The notes under the pieces were generated by a model, which searched no databases, was not told where the DNA came from, and saw only the letters and a program-made list of their open reading frames with translations. Shown here piece after piece: positions 1-13,460 of a DNA stretch of 64,000 nucleotides (position 1 is the stretch's first letter; the number at the start of each line of letters is the position of its first letter). Position numbers and translations under genes: made by a program. The stretch covers positions 2,356,001 through 2,420,000 of the forward strand of contig OZ176057.1 in assembly GCA_964247055.1 (NCBI GenBank). Reading direction: 5' to 3'. The stretch comes from Paragordius varius. Lineage: Eukaryota > Animalia > Nematomorpha.

Positions 1-1504
1 TATATAATCTGTTGGTTTAAAAATGAAATTTAATATATAAAAATAAAAAAAAACTTCTTTTAGTTTTAATAAGCTAAAAAGAAAGTTCTTGAAATTTTCA
101 TCAAACATCTAAGTAATTCTATCATATCGAAATTCGAAAAATCTTCGCACATTATGTAATAAATATTATACTGATTGTTGAATGCCTTATTCCAAATTTA
201 TAAAATTTTAAAAAAATTGGTAGGCTCTATAAGTCGCCAATTATTTTACAAGATTTATTAAAATAAACGCGCTTGCAGGATATTATATGAATGAATGCTA
301 GAACGGCCTCAATAAAATTAATTTAATGTATGATTTTGGTTTCCCTCGATTTTGAAAATTTAATTTTTCATTAAGATGATAGAAATGATAAGTAACGAAT
401 TAAGATAGTGTTTTGACATTTTAAAGCGACCGTTTCCACCATGCTTTATGATACTATAAAATGCGCTCAAACAATTGTTAAATTTGAATCTTAGAAGCAG
501 AAACTAAGATATATTGGTACTATAGGGTGTTTTTTATGCTAACTAGGCCATTTAGGGAAGGCAAAATTTTGACATTTTCGGAGCCCACTTTTAAAATTAA
601 ATTCGATATAAATATTGTTTTGAGATTAATACAACTTATCATGTATTTAATCATGTTTTTTGGTGAACTCAGCTTTTATCAAAAATTGATTTATCATAAG
701 ATGCTGAAATTTTGCGATTATTCGATTGTCACAGAAATTGCATTAACGTTCTAACGTGGCTCAAAAAAACAGAATTTTTGAAACATTAATCATAGGATAA
801 TATGTGTTTCATCAGTAATTTTTATACCCGCAGTTGGTTCACTAACACGTTTATAAGTGGATGATTAGTTAACAACCCCAAGTCAAATTCAATTCAATTT
901 TTGACACCTGTTTTGTAATTATTTGTTTACCTTATCTAAATTTTAAATCCATAATTAGTAAAATTGTTCAAGTGGGCCCTGTTTAGCTTAGATATAAGCA
1001 ATTTTTATCATGAAGAATCGGTTTAGATTCGTAACATGAGGATTAACCTCCAAACCAAATATTCATTGTCAGCTTTTTTAAATTTAGTTTTACAATGGGT
1101 TTGTTCTTGAGCTTTTAACTGAATTTTAGATTCATAATAATCAAAATCATTTTTTAATGGATTAAAAATACTCTTTATATGCATTGTTTTGGCCATAAAT
1201 TTCATTACGACCGCGGGCTTAAATGTTATTAATTTAATTGATTAGCATTTAATGTTAATAATAAAACAAATTATAAAAACGGTAAAATTATATGTCATCC
1301 GTTTCTCCTAAAACTTTTATTTAAGATGCCAAATTATTTTGGTTTTTTCTAAAGGTCTCACTTTCTTTTTTTACAATTTAGTTTTAGTAAATATACACGT
1401 GAATCATTAATTTGAGACAATAAAATTTGTGATAAAATGCCTATGTGATAAAAATTATAAAGATAACTCAAATTCAATTAATTTACCATATCATTATTAT
1501 ATAG

Positions 1505-3805
1505 AATCTCATAGAAAATTATATTCCTTTGAGTCGACACTTGGTGCAACAAACTAAACTGTTTGTTAAATCATTGAATGGTAAGCTTATTCATTCTTTT
1601 AAATCAGGGATGTCCAACATAAATAGCTCCATAGTCCCTCATTTTTGGATAAAAAATTTGGTGGGCAGCATTCGCAAAAATATACTGGCATCAACAAATA
1701 TTTTGTTAGATTTTGGAAATATAATTTGTAAAAACGACCATATATTTCAAGATTTTTTTGCTAGTTCATGGTAGAAAATTCCGGGAACTTTATTTAAAAA
1801 GTTTGTTAAATAAAATAAAATTTTCTTAAATTTCCTAAGATTTTGTATTTTTAAAATTTCTCGGCTGCAAAAATATTTTGGAGGGCGCCGTCCGTGTTGG
1901 ACACCCCTGCTTTACATTAATTTAAAAAATAAATATTTAAATATTTTAATTTTGTAATAAACTTTAAGCTGCTTGCCATTCTGAGAAATGTTATTTCGAA
2001 GCCCTCAACAAAATCGGTCAAAATGCGGGGGAGAGATGGGGCGATACTAAAGACATTGGTATTTTTAGCTGATATTTTTTAAAATTTATACAGCAAAATA
2101 TAAAACATAAAGTATAAAACAGCTATGAATGTGTTTAAAACCTAATCTATATTATTTATTCTTTTTACCGTTAGAATAATTGTTTGAATTTATGCGGTTA
2201 TTAGGAATATGAGTGCTCAGACTTTTACGTTTTTTAAGTAGTTTTTAGAACTCAGATTTTTGCATATTAATATTATTTTTTTTCAATTTTATGTATTTAT
2301 CCTTTTTTAAAAACTCCCAAATTAGGTATCTCCTTGATGGATATGGCTGATGCTTACCGTGATATTAATATACAATCATCAATGATGGTATATTTTTTTA
2401 TTGTTATAACAAATAAAAAACTTGAATAGAAAATTTTTAAAAGCATTTTCCAAACGAATTAAAGCAGGTTTGAGTGTATTTATCGAAGAGGTCATCGAAC
2501 TCAAATTTTAAGGGTACTTTTCAACACATATTCTAAATGCGAAAATTTTTGTTTTGAATATATTTACAAAATGTGGTATGAAACTTTAAACTTTTTCACG
2601 AATATATTTATCATAATGTGGGCGGATTTAGCAATTTTATGATTTTGGATGGCTAAATATAAATAAATTGCAAAAAGATTTTAGAGCTAATTACTCTTCT
2701 AAAAATAACACTATTTATTCCCTTATGTTTTAGTTGATTTGTAAATGCATTTTCCCAGAATTTTGTTAATTTTAATCCCGTCAATATTATAAATTATTAA
2801 TAAAATATATCCGCTAATTTAGCTAAAATCTTTCAATCTTGATTGTGTAACACTTATGGAAACTATAGTGGAACAGGATGCCAAAGCCATTCAGGTACTT
2901 AAGGGATTACCAAACATTTTTTGGAATCGGAACTATATATTAAAAACCGATTTTAAACAGCTCTTTTTAAAAATATTTTTTTAGTTTTTTTTTAGTTTTT
3001 ACTCGACAACCTTATTTTATCGTTTTCAATTTTAATACTTTTGATTATATATGGATAATGAAACTTAATCTTTAAATCCTTTCTGACCTGTTTATAAAGG
3101 ATGGAATCGGTTAACAAGAGCATAAATTTGGTTTTTATACAATATTAATAATAAAATATTTTAAGGTTTAAATTTATATAGTGAATTGTGGTATTTTTAG
3201 GTTGAATAGAGTCAAATATTAATTATTACTAATAAATATTTTATTAGCTAAACAGTTTATTATAATAATTACAATATAAAATTAAATGATAAGAGAATGT
3301 AAAAACTAAAAAGATTATTCTTAAAAATAAACATGTTTTAATTATTGATATTATCTCTAATTACAAATGATATTATTGTCGCTATCTTATTTTTTGATCA
3401 AAATGATAGTTGGATAAATTTAAAATCAAGGTTTAAAGATGTCTTGAAATAATTATATTACGGTTTGTCAGTATAATTGGGATTTACTGTATATCATTTG
3501 CAGATGGAATATAAAAAATATCACGGGCACCATAAACGACTCAAGGAACGCTACGTAAAGCTGTTTAATGCTTTAAGAAGCAAAAATGCTGGAAAGAAAC
3601 ATAGAAAATCATTACTTATGCCAAATATTAATACCAATCTTAATGGTAATATTGTTAACAATGTTGATGTCAATAAAACGGACAACCCAGTCCAAATTCC
3701 CGAATTTTGTGGAGAAAGCATATATGGAACTATTCCAAGATCACTTTTAAACGATTCTCAAACGGGCCATGGGGCACTTAAGACGAATCAATTGAAAGTG
3801 GGTAT

Positions 3806-3871
<66 letters not shown>

Positions 3872-6800
3872 GGTCATGAATATGACCGCTTCCAACATAT
3901 ATCATTTGCACTTCAAGAGTGTCTTGAGTTGAAGTTAGTCCCTGAACTTCATGCATTTATTTATCTATTATATTTTAATTAAACCTAATATCTTTTTAGT
4001 ATTTTTTCATAAAAAATATACGGTTCTTGAATGTAAAAAATTGGTATTGATTTCAAAGAGGACGTGCAAATGGTTATATAATTTTTTATTTTAATTTTAT
4101 ATGTGGTAAAAAACTACTTTTTGAACTGACAATCATTTTAATCTTTTTTAATAATAATGATGGGTTGTGCAATTGACTTTTGGGTCTAAAGACTATTTAT
4201 CGAAAATTTTTGCACACCGTTAAACTTATTAAATTAAAAACAAGCCTATTGTTTATGCTAATAATGTATTTGATGGCTGACGGTCATTTTTTACATAGTA
4301 AAACCTATATATAAATAAAATAATTGTAAGAAAAATTTATGTTCTTCAATTCATACAAAATATATGTGCTATATAAAATATCATTTCAGGATTATTTAAA
4401 TGATTAAATTTTAATCAACAATATGTTACTAACTAGGGGTGGTTAAGATGCGGCCCTTGCTATAACATAAAAAATAACGTTGTACTTTAATACAAATCGG
4501 AATTTTTTTGGGTATACAAAGAGAAAATAGATTATGCAGAGTCTTTCAAGTCAAAACCACCCATGATTTACTTCCAATTTGGAATGATATTTAATTTTTT
4601 ATAACTCAGAATTATTTAAAAAAAATTGTATATAGATAAAATTTAAGCCATTTTATAAAAAAAACTTAATGTGAATCTCACAAATTACAGTAAAAATTAA
4701 ATTTGTACAAACAGAATATAGCAATCTGACAAATATTATTTAAAATGGACAACCATACTTTGAAACTTGATTAAATAAATTAAACTTATCGCTTTTCATT
4801 GCAGATACGGGAAAAGAAATTAAATTGTTAAAATAGTCTATGGGGAAGATCAAGGCTTGAGTATAGCAGTTTTTTTAAAAAAAATATTTTTTATGTTTCA
4901 GTTTGTCTGCAAAATTTTAATTTTTAATGTATATTTTAAATTACATATTTATTGGCTCCTTTTTGCAATTATTTCGTACAATCATATATTAATCATCTTA
5001 TATCAAATCTAGATTGCATATCAATTGGCTGACAGTGAAAAGGAATTAAATGAATATCGAATTCAAGCCTTAAAACAAGTATTTCTACTATTATATATTT
5101 TATGTCATTTATAATTTAAACTTAAAAAATTATTTCCAAATTAAATAATCTCTATGTATATATAACTTATTTAAATGTAATTTTAGCTAGAAATATAATT
5201 TTTTATAAAATATTTAAACAAAATTGATTGTTTACTCTAGGAGTTCCGATTTATCTTCGATAGAAGCCATTAGGATTCTCATGGTGCTTTTGGTTGTGGA
5301 GGATAGAAACAATTTTAAAATATTTTTTGGTGATAATACCATATAATTGCCACATTAGGTTTTTATTTTTATTTAAACGCAAAAATGTTTTAAAGCATCA
5401 ATGAATTTTCGAATGCTACAAATACTAAAACTATATAAGTTATGCTATCCCCAAAGAAAAATGCATATTGTTAATTTAATTTATGACAAAATTTTGATTA
5501 GTCCATGTTGGTCGATGTGTTTTTCTAATGTCTCAGAATTGAATTATATATGCAATTGCCAAAATTTCAATATAATGTGTTCTTTTAGCAATTCGACAAA
5601 TTTATTTCCCAAGTGGAACAGCAGCATTGAGTCGTAAAAAAATGTGTTTATGTCATCTTTAAGTACTTTATATCTATATAAAATGGATAAATTAGGCTTC
5701 ATTGATTCGTTAAAATTTAACATGTTGATAGCAATGTCAAAGGTTAGAAAATGTTTGATGAATTATGGTAAAAAGTTGTATAATTAATTCGTAAAATATG
5801 ATTTTTAATGTTTTTCTTTTATCATGGAAATATACAGAATATGGCAAAAGATAATAATAATATTAGTTACTCCTTTTCTTAGTTTGTTATCCATCTGATA
5901 CCTATAATTTATACATTTTAATTTTTTAACGAAATGATTTTTTTTCATGAGATAGCTTATGACGAGAGAATTGCGAAAATTTTATTTGTTAACGACCTAG
6001 CTTTTGAAATATTGAGAGATCAAATCGGGAGAAAAGTGAAAAGTAAGGATAATTAAGGATAATTCAAAAACGAATGATAAAAATTGTATTATGGCTTATT
6101 ATTATTTTAGGACATATTTTATATATAAATGGCCTGAATGTATAAAATTTGAGGATGGATGGAGTTTTTCTTTTAACATATAAACACAAATTTTTTTATG
6201 AAATATATAATACTATTTTATTAATAGCTAAACTCATAAAATAACATTTATTTTATTTGTAAAAAAAACTAATATTCAAAATAAAACTTAAAAATATTTA
6301 ATATTCATTTTTTTGTCATCTGGTTTATGAGTGTATAAAAAAATTTTAGTTTGGAATCCCACATAAGTGTGAATTATAAAGTATATAATTTATGCAAAAT
6401 AGGATTTACAAGTAGTGGAAAATCACCCAAAAATTTGAACACATCCCGGTAAAAATATTTAATTGTGTTAAAACTAACCTATTACAGGGATTTATACAAA
6501 TTGTTATGATGTTCCACTACTTTTAATTTTTATTTTGCAGAAATTATATATTTCTTTATAACTCCCATTCATATAAAATTCGAAATAAAACGTATAAATT
6601 TTTTATACACTCATAAACCAGATGAAAAAAAATGGAAAAATAAAAAACAATATTTTTTAGAACATTTTGATATAGAATTTTTTTTACTGAATAAAATATG
6701 AATGTTAAGATTTTATTAGTTAGTTTAGCTAGTAAATAGCAAAAAAAATTTAACATAATTTCATATTTTTTTATGTCTTTTATGTTAAAGACCCCATCTT

Positions 6801-9800
6801 ATGATCTGCATTATAAACCTTAACTTGTTTTTAGGCTATTTATAAATTGTAGATATCCGCTAAAACGATACTAAATCATAGTACTCAACTTTTATCATAA
6901 TTTTTATAATTATCCTCAATTATCCTAAACTTTCACTTTTTGCCTGATTTCGATTTTCTCTTAATATTTCAAAAAGTTCGTCAACAAAGTTTTTGCAAAT
7001 GAATACGCTGGTCATAAGCTATCTCATAAAAAAAATTTTGTTAAAATTTTTTTTTACTCAGTATATATATGTGTATATATATTATAATATGCATTTTATT
7101 AATTATAATTATTATTAAAAGGCATATCGAACGGAAAAAAATTGTTATGCAAAATTGTTGGAAAAACAGTGCACAAGAATCCGAAACATCCTTGTTGAAA
7201 CATCAAAGGTAAAAAAAACAACTAATACTAGTTCCTATTATTTTAATTATTTGCAAAATATTTATTTTTATTTAAATTTATCATTGCCCAAAGATAGATG
7301 CTATAAAGTTATATTGTGCCGTTAGGTGAATATTTTGTTCAGTCCGCGGTTACCTTTATGGGAATCAATACTGACTAAAATTCAAAAAACAACTACCGCA
7401 GTAACCACAACTGGAATTTATGGCATTCAATACAATGATAATCTTACTATTAATAATGACGATGTTTATGGAAATCCATTTTCCATTCTTTGTCGCGATC
7501 AAGGTATTGAAAAGTTTTATGAAAGCCTTGTTAATAATCAGAGCAGAAATCAACAAAACTTTATAAATCACTCAAATGATCCACGTCAACAAAATGTGAA
7601 TGAGTCCTACTATGGTCAAAATAATTTAAATCATCAAACCGCTTTCCAGAACAACCACTTAAATAGCAATTTTAATTTATATCGCAATCCGCCTTCTTAT
7701 TATCACCCCCCTAATCAACGTGACAAACATTATAATGCGAGTAATAATACAACTAATACCTCAAACAGCCTTTCCTATTGGGATGTTGCCAATAAAATTC
7801 AAGTAGAGCCTAGAGCTGATGAATATCCAAAAGTATATAAATTAGCCTGATGAAAAACTATAAAGATATTGAATGTTTTGTAAATATATTGCATCTACTA
7901 AATTTGTAATTTTGGGACCGTTGAAATACAGTATGAGTATATACATTGCTAGTTTTTCATTATTATATGCTAGATAGCATATAATCCAAAGAGTTTTACA
8001 GTCATGTATCCTTTATTTTATAAAAAATTTATTTTTTTTTACGTTAAATGGGTATAAATATTTGGTAAAGAATGGATAGCTCTATGGTATTTAAACTTTT
8101 TGATGAATATGATATTTTTAATACCATAGAGCTCTTATTCATTCTTTACCAAATACTTAAACCCATTTAACAATAAATAATAAATTTTTGATAAATAAAG
8201 GATACATGACCTTATTAATATTGGTGAATAACGCGAAAAAGTGAAAAAAATGTGCAATAATATCTTTTGCTGTATGTACTATCTGGCAATATTATAAAAA
8301 AAACCAGCTGGACTATACTGCTTATAACTACACCGCTTATAATGTAGTTTTCGATCATAGCTCAATTGAATACCAAAAAAATTATACCTTAAAACTGTAA
8401 TTATATTGCTTTTATTAATTAATAATTTTCAATTATTAACAGGAAATAAAAACAATTAATTTACCATTTACGTTTAATATATATGTTTAAATTTTAGTAA
8501 TAAATTTAAAAAACAATCGCAGTCATCATTGCATAATATTTGCCCAATCTAAAGTTTGGTTTGCTACTTTAATTGTGGAAAATTTTGACATAGATATTCA
8601 TTTCTTACATATAAGAAAAAAACCAATTCAAATGGCGAAAAAAAATATTTTTAATTATATTTGTGATATTTTTTGATAACTTTGGAATACATATAAAAAT
8701 ATCTATATGAGTTTGCGGAATTTGTGCAAATTGTTTATATCATTCATTTATAAATACTATCCATGTTAAACTTCAAGATGTACATTATTAAATGATTCTA
8801 AGCTAATTATCATAATATAATCATTTCTTCTCATTAGCAAAATGTCAATTTATTTAAGACAATAATTTTATATATTATTGAAACTAATTAACCTACATTA
8901 ATACTCAATATTCTCTCAATTTATATCTAGTTGAATTCGGCATATTCAATGGTTGATATAAGATCCTCGTTGTATGGAACATACTTTCCTACACCAAACG
9001 CGGTACCGCAATCTTTGGTCCCTACTAATAATAATAATCATGGGATAGTTAACAAAAATAGTTGCAGTATAGATGGTGACTTGGCATCCACCGTAGTATC
9101 AAATTGTGGAACTAATATGCATCAAATAAAACGTGATTACAACAACTCGATTGATAACATAAACAAAGGAAACGGTTCCATAATAAATCTTAAAGCTTCC
9201 AATGAAACTGGCAAAAAGGCTAATGACACCAACAATAAATGCGGACGCAGTTTTTCATCCTCTGGTTGTTCATCGATAAATTCCACTGTTGCGCAGAATA
9301 ACTTATCCATAGGTTACATATATTATAATATTTGCCCTTCAAAATAAACGTTATTCATACATAGAGATCTGTATAATACGAAAAATTACTAAATTACGCC
9401 GTGTTGATGCGAGGTTTTGTTATAATATTTGCTTTAAGCGCGATTTAGTAATAATATTACAGTTGATTTTTATTGCCTCGGAGGATTATAAAAATGAAAG
9501 TCCTCATAAATTTGGTTAAAACTAATTATTAATCAACTATTATATAATATGTTTGTTAAAATTTTGTATAATCAACTTAGATAATTCAACGCAAGCGTAT
9601 GGCACCAATAACCATTCAAAGTATTGTTCAAATAAATGGATACATTGAATATAAAATAATATTTTTACAAATCTATATAATTATTCAATATTTATATATA
9701 TATAGAAAACTTGCCAGAGTTATATGCAATTTTAATCCTGAATCGTATTCAACATATGCTGAAGGGAACACACTCGGGTAGATTGGTTATGTTATATATA

Positions 9801-11702
9801 TATTAAAATATGATCTGTGTAAAATTTTTCAAGATTATATATCTTATTTAGAATTGGTTAACCGCAAAATGTATGGGTTTTTATCACTTTTGAATTTTTT
9901 ATATGCTATTAACCATAAAATAATTGCCAGAGAATGGGCCTTTAAATTTATTATTTTTATATAAAGTCATATTTTTTGCACCGGATATGAAAATGTTAAA
10001 CATATGATTAAACCATTTCATCTGGGTATTTTAAATGCGTTCACAGTCACGACTAGTAAGCAGCCTCTCGAGGTGCAATAATTTTACGAACAAACAAATA
10101 TAATTATTTTTTTTATTTATTGTGACTTTTTTAAAATTTATTTATCGCCTGTGTAACAGCAATGATTTAGCATGCACTATGATAGAATTAAATGTGGATG
10201 AAATTGTTCACGTTTATGAAATGCCTCATGTAACTCAATGTAATGGATGGTCGTATGGCAAAAATATTAACAATTCCAAGTATGGAGAGAGAAAGTGTTT
10301 TTTGTAATATCCAATAATCCTACTTATTTTAAATGGGTTTAAAAATCGAAATTTTTTATACTTTACTTATAGCGTTAATGTTACAAAAATTCAACATAAG
10401 CAATTATTATTTTATTTGTACTTAGAGTGGGATGGTTCCCTGAAAGTTTCACAATACCATTTTCTCCACCAATTTCCCATGCCCCAAGACCAGTACATTA
10501 ACATTTTATATAATATTTTTTTATCTAAGGAACCACGGTAGATTCGAAAAATAAATTTAAATATTCTTTAAGGTGAAGCATATGATTATATTCTTTTAAT
10601 ATAATAACAAACTATGAATTCGGTATATAATGTGTTTTTATATTTTGCGACATACGTTTGGATTTACCTTGAAAGCCTTATAAATCCGTAGTTTTGAGGT
10701 TCAAACGCCATATAAGATAAATAAATGCAAAAAACCAAAATTATGTGGTCACATATATTCCTAATGCCTTCAAACCAGAACTAATAATTAAGCTTATAAT
10801 TTGGAACAAAAATTATATTTCATAATATTTATATTTTACTTTAGCTTTTAAATGAGGACTCACTCATTGATACAACTTATGAGTCGCCTCAACGCGTTTT
10901 ACGTAAACAAAAAATTTTGTCTGAAAATGTTTCACTTACTAGCACGACACTAGAAAATGAAACGCCAGCCAATTATGAGATTGAAAATATGGATACAAAT
11001 GATAATAAACAAAGGATAAAAAATAAAAGCTTGGAAAATATTCACAAACAGCATTTATTGCAATTGGGATTTAATTGTTCAATTGGTACTCCCTCTTGTA
11101 CTCAGAGCGAACAAGATTCAAGCTTAATAGTTAGTATAAGTAATGAAGATTATGAGAAACAGGATGTCGAGCCAACAACGATTGATAAAAATAGACATAG
11201 TATTTTAATCAAAAGTATTGATAAAATTGGTGAAACCACCAATTCTACTATAAATATTAATAAATTGGGGAATAAAGCCACACCCGCACCAAGCTCTGGT
11301 AAATTGAATGAACTTCAAGACATAGAGAAAGAATTTGATAAACGGGCCAGTTTATTTAGCGAACTTAAGGATAAATTGCGACAAAAGTCTACATCCCTTA
11401 ACATGGAGACGGAAAATTCACTGTCCATAAAAACAGTCAATACTTATAAGGAGTCAAATACAAATAATAGTAATCAGGGATCATTAAATACAGATTGTGT
11501 GAAAACAAGTGCTGTTAATGCAAAGTTGGAATTGAAAGAGCCACCCCTACCCCCTCCATTGCCACCGGCCAATAGAATTGGGTAAATATTTTATATGAAT
11601 ATTTCTGATTACGTTGTAAAATTATATTTTAGATACCAGGAGTTTCCAACACCCCGAGAGATATTTTTAATACCAAATTTTTGGAAATCTATGATAAATT
11701 AA
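1505..11702 (+). CDS. BAIAP2: IRSp53/BAIAP2-like I-BAR (IMD) + SH3 adaptor, 5' exon not located. Exons: 1505-1580, 1969-2058, 2326-2387, 2823-2894, 3504-3797, 5013-5078, 7122-7208, 7326-7832, 8931-9312, (9365-9413 tentative), 9706-9777, 10160-10279, 10426-10492, 10845-11581, (11633-11702 tentative; otherwise stop at 11585)
   Basis: Phase-compatible GT-AG exons translate to NLIENYIPLSRHLV..., KCYFEALNKIGQ...KDIGISLMDMADAYRDI, LKSFNLDCVTLMETIVEQD, LLEKQC and SPRLPLWES. These match the recalled IRSp53 IMD (YFDALVKMGE, GDVLFQMAEVHRQ, LKSFHNEL, LVEKQC, KLPLWQQ). SH3 motifs RVICNF...NGWSYG...GWFPESFT follow, then a C-terminal PPLPPPLPP. Confidence 0.85.
1605..1909. mobile_element. hAT-type MITE in an IRSp53-like intron
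   Basis: TIR CAGGGATGTCCAAC / GTTGGACACCCCTG; flanks TTTTAAAT / CTTTACAT (6 of 8 match, TSD-like). Confidence 0.75.
3808..3867. repeat. (TA)n microsatellite of about 30 units; others at ~15708-15731, 35705-35734, 40268-40297, 40915-40943, 41660-41696, 63053-63082
   Basis: Read directly from the sequence; most are next to a MITE end or a splice site. Confidence 0.95.
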
Positions 11703-12669
11703 TTTTATTGAACTTTTTTGAATAAGTCTTTGGAATTCATACAATAAACTAGCCATTGTTAATATAAATAATCGTTATAAAATATTTGTTCCCATCTTGG
11801 ATTTTTTGATCCAAAAATGCGGCCTGCGAAGTTATTTGTGTTGGATATCCCTATTATCAAAAGTTAAAATAACTTGAACAAGCATATGTTGGAATTTTTT
11901 TATAAAATTAATTTTGCACTTCAAGTCATAAATGCATTCACAAAACTACTATTCAAATTAATTTATCCTAACTATAACTAAAGATTTAAATACGTTTTAA
12001 AATTTGGATTGTATAGAAAAAGGAATGCTCCAAACGCTAAGTCATCCACGAATTATACTAAATCTACACTCAACACTGCTGTGGTTAAGTGCAAATAAAG
12101 AAATACGCATTTTATTGGTTTTTCATTTTTTTGTTTTAATAAATAAAATGGCTTGATATAAATTATATTTTTGACACATTTATTAATTAATGGAAATATC
12201 TTCCGTAATAATTGGATATATCAATCTCATAATATATAAGTGGGCTTGGTCAAAATCTCAAGAAAAATCTATTATATATTTTAATTAATCTATCTCTTCG
12301 TAGTTATAGACTGCAAAAGGTTACAGATTATCATAAAGGTGGTAGGATAAGCATAAAACCATAAAAGAGCGATATAACCCATATATCTAAAAAAACGCAT
12401 TTCTTTAATATAGAGCAATAATTGATGTCTTATGTAAAATTTCAAAGATTCCCATTCATTTGTATTTAAGCTAAAAAATAAGGTTTTTATAATCAAATAT
12501 ATATGTGTTCAAGGTTATTATACCTCATATTACATTATGCTAATTATGCTAGGCAACAAATTTCTGCCACTCGAGTTTTTTGCATTTTCTGTTATTTAAC
12601 ATCATTTTTACACTAAATATGGATTAAAAATTATGATTCCACCTAAGAATTTTTTGTAATTTGATTTTA

Positions 12670-12850
12670 TGATAATGCGCTGCTTTATCAAAATTTTAAA
12701 AGGATTTTTCTTTAAAAATATACAACAAATGCCCATTATATATTATTCGAAAGAGTAAAGAAAACTTTAAGAAATGCACACTAATATGTTTTACATCGAT
12801 AGTCAATATTGGAGATAGAAAGCGACAAACCCGCGAAGCAAGTCGTTTTT
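12670..12850 (+). repeat. Old dispersed repeat; diverged inverted copy at ~55620-55790
   Basis: Both share AAAAATATACAACAA...ATTCGAAA...TGTTTTACATCGAT...GCGACAAAC.CG.GAAGC. Confidence 0.6.
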
Positions 12851-13460
12851 ATCAATATTTTAAACCAATGTATGAAAATAGCTCAAATTTTGCATAAATG
12901 GCAATGAATGTCTAAAAAAATTCAAAAAGGTTTTTTGATTAAAACACTTAGCCGTTTATAATTTTTCTTAGAATAATTTTTTTCATTTTTAAATTAGTCG
13001 TCTTGAAAACTTTAGGCTTATTTTTGGGTGGAAAATTTGGCCATATACAAGATAACTTATTCATAATTATATGACTTAATACCATTCGTAGATTCAGTTT
13101 TTTGCGCTCTTTCGAATGATATAATATACATTACTAAAACTTTTAATTTTGAGAAATTCAAGTTTAATGTTAAATCGGGGCCAAAAATTTTCGATAAACC
13201 CTAATAAAAAAATTAGGTGTTAGACAATTTTTTTCATCAAATAAATTTTTAATCTACAATAATGGCATTGAAAAACGAAATTTGTTGTTTTATCAAAGGT
13301 ATTTAACCACCGAAATTCACAAATAAATAAAACAAACTCCGTCCGTTCTCATTATTTATTAAAGACATACTTAGGTTTACAATAATAAAATTATGGAAAC
13401 TAAAGGAAATTTTATTTTGAAGTTAAAGAGATTAAATAAATTAAATCAAACAAAAATAAT

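Noticed and set aside
300-1205. Possible minus-strand gene fragments (ORF 1023-1205 and open stretches near 520-670)
   Set aside because: No recognisable homology and no phase-consistent exon chain could be built; left unannotated.
3747-3956. ORFs with YIYIYI runs or VNLNCSR/NNSNSPL heptads (also 15632-15814, 23479-23673, 35347-35703, 62936-63133)
   Set aside because: They are translations of (TA)n microsatellites and MITE 21-bp repeats.
4805-4860. Possible TAA/TAG read-through code suggested by interrupted frames
   Set aside because: All conserved genes resolve with GT-AG introns and end at standard TAA, TAG or TGA stops.
5401-5637. ORF inside an IRSp53-like intron
   Set aside because: The conserved I-BAR sequence continues at 7122 instead, and this ORF has no homology support.
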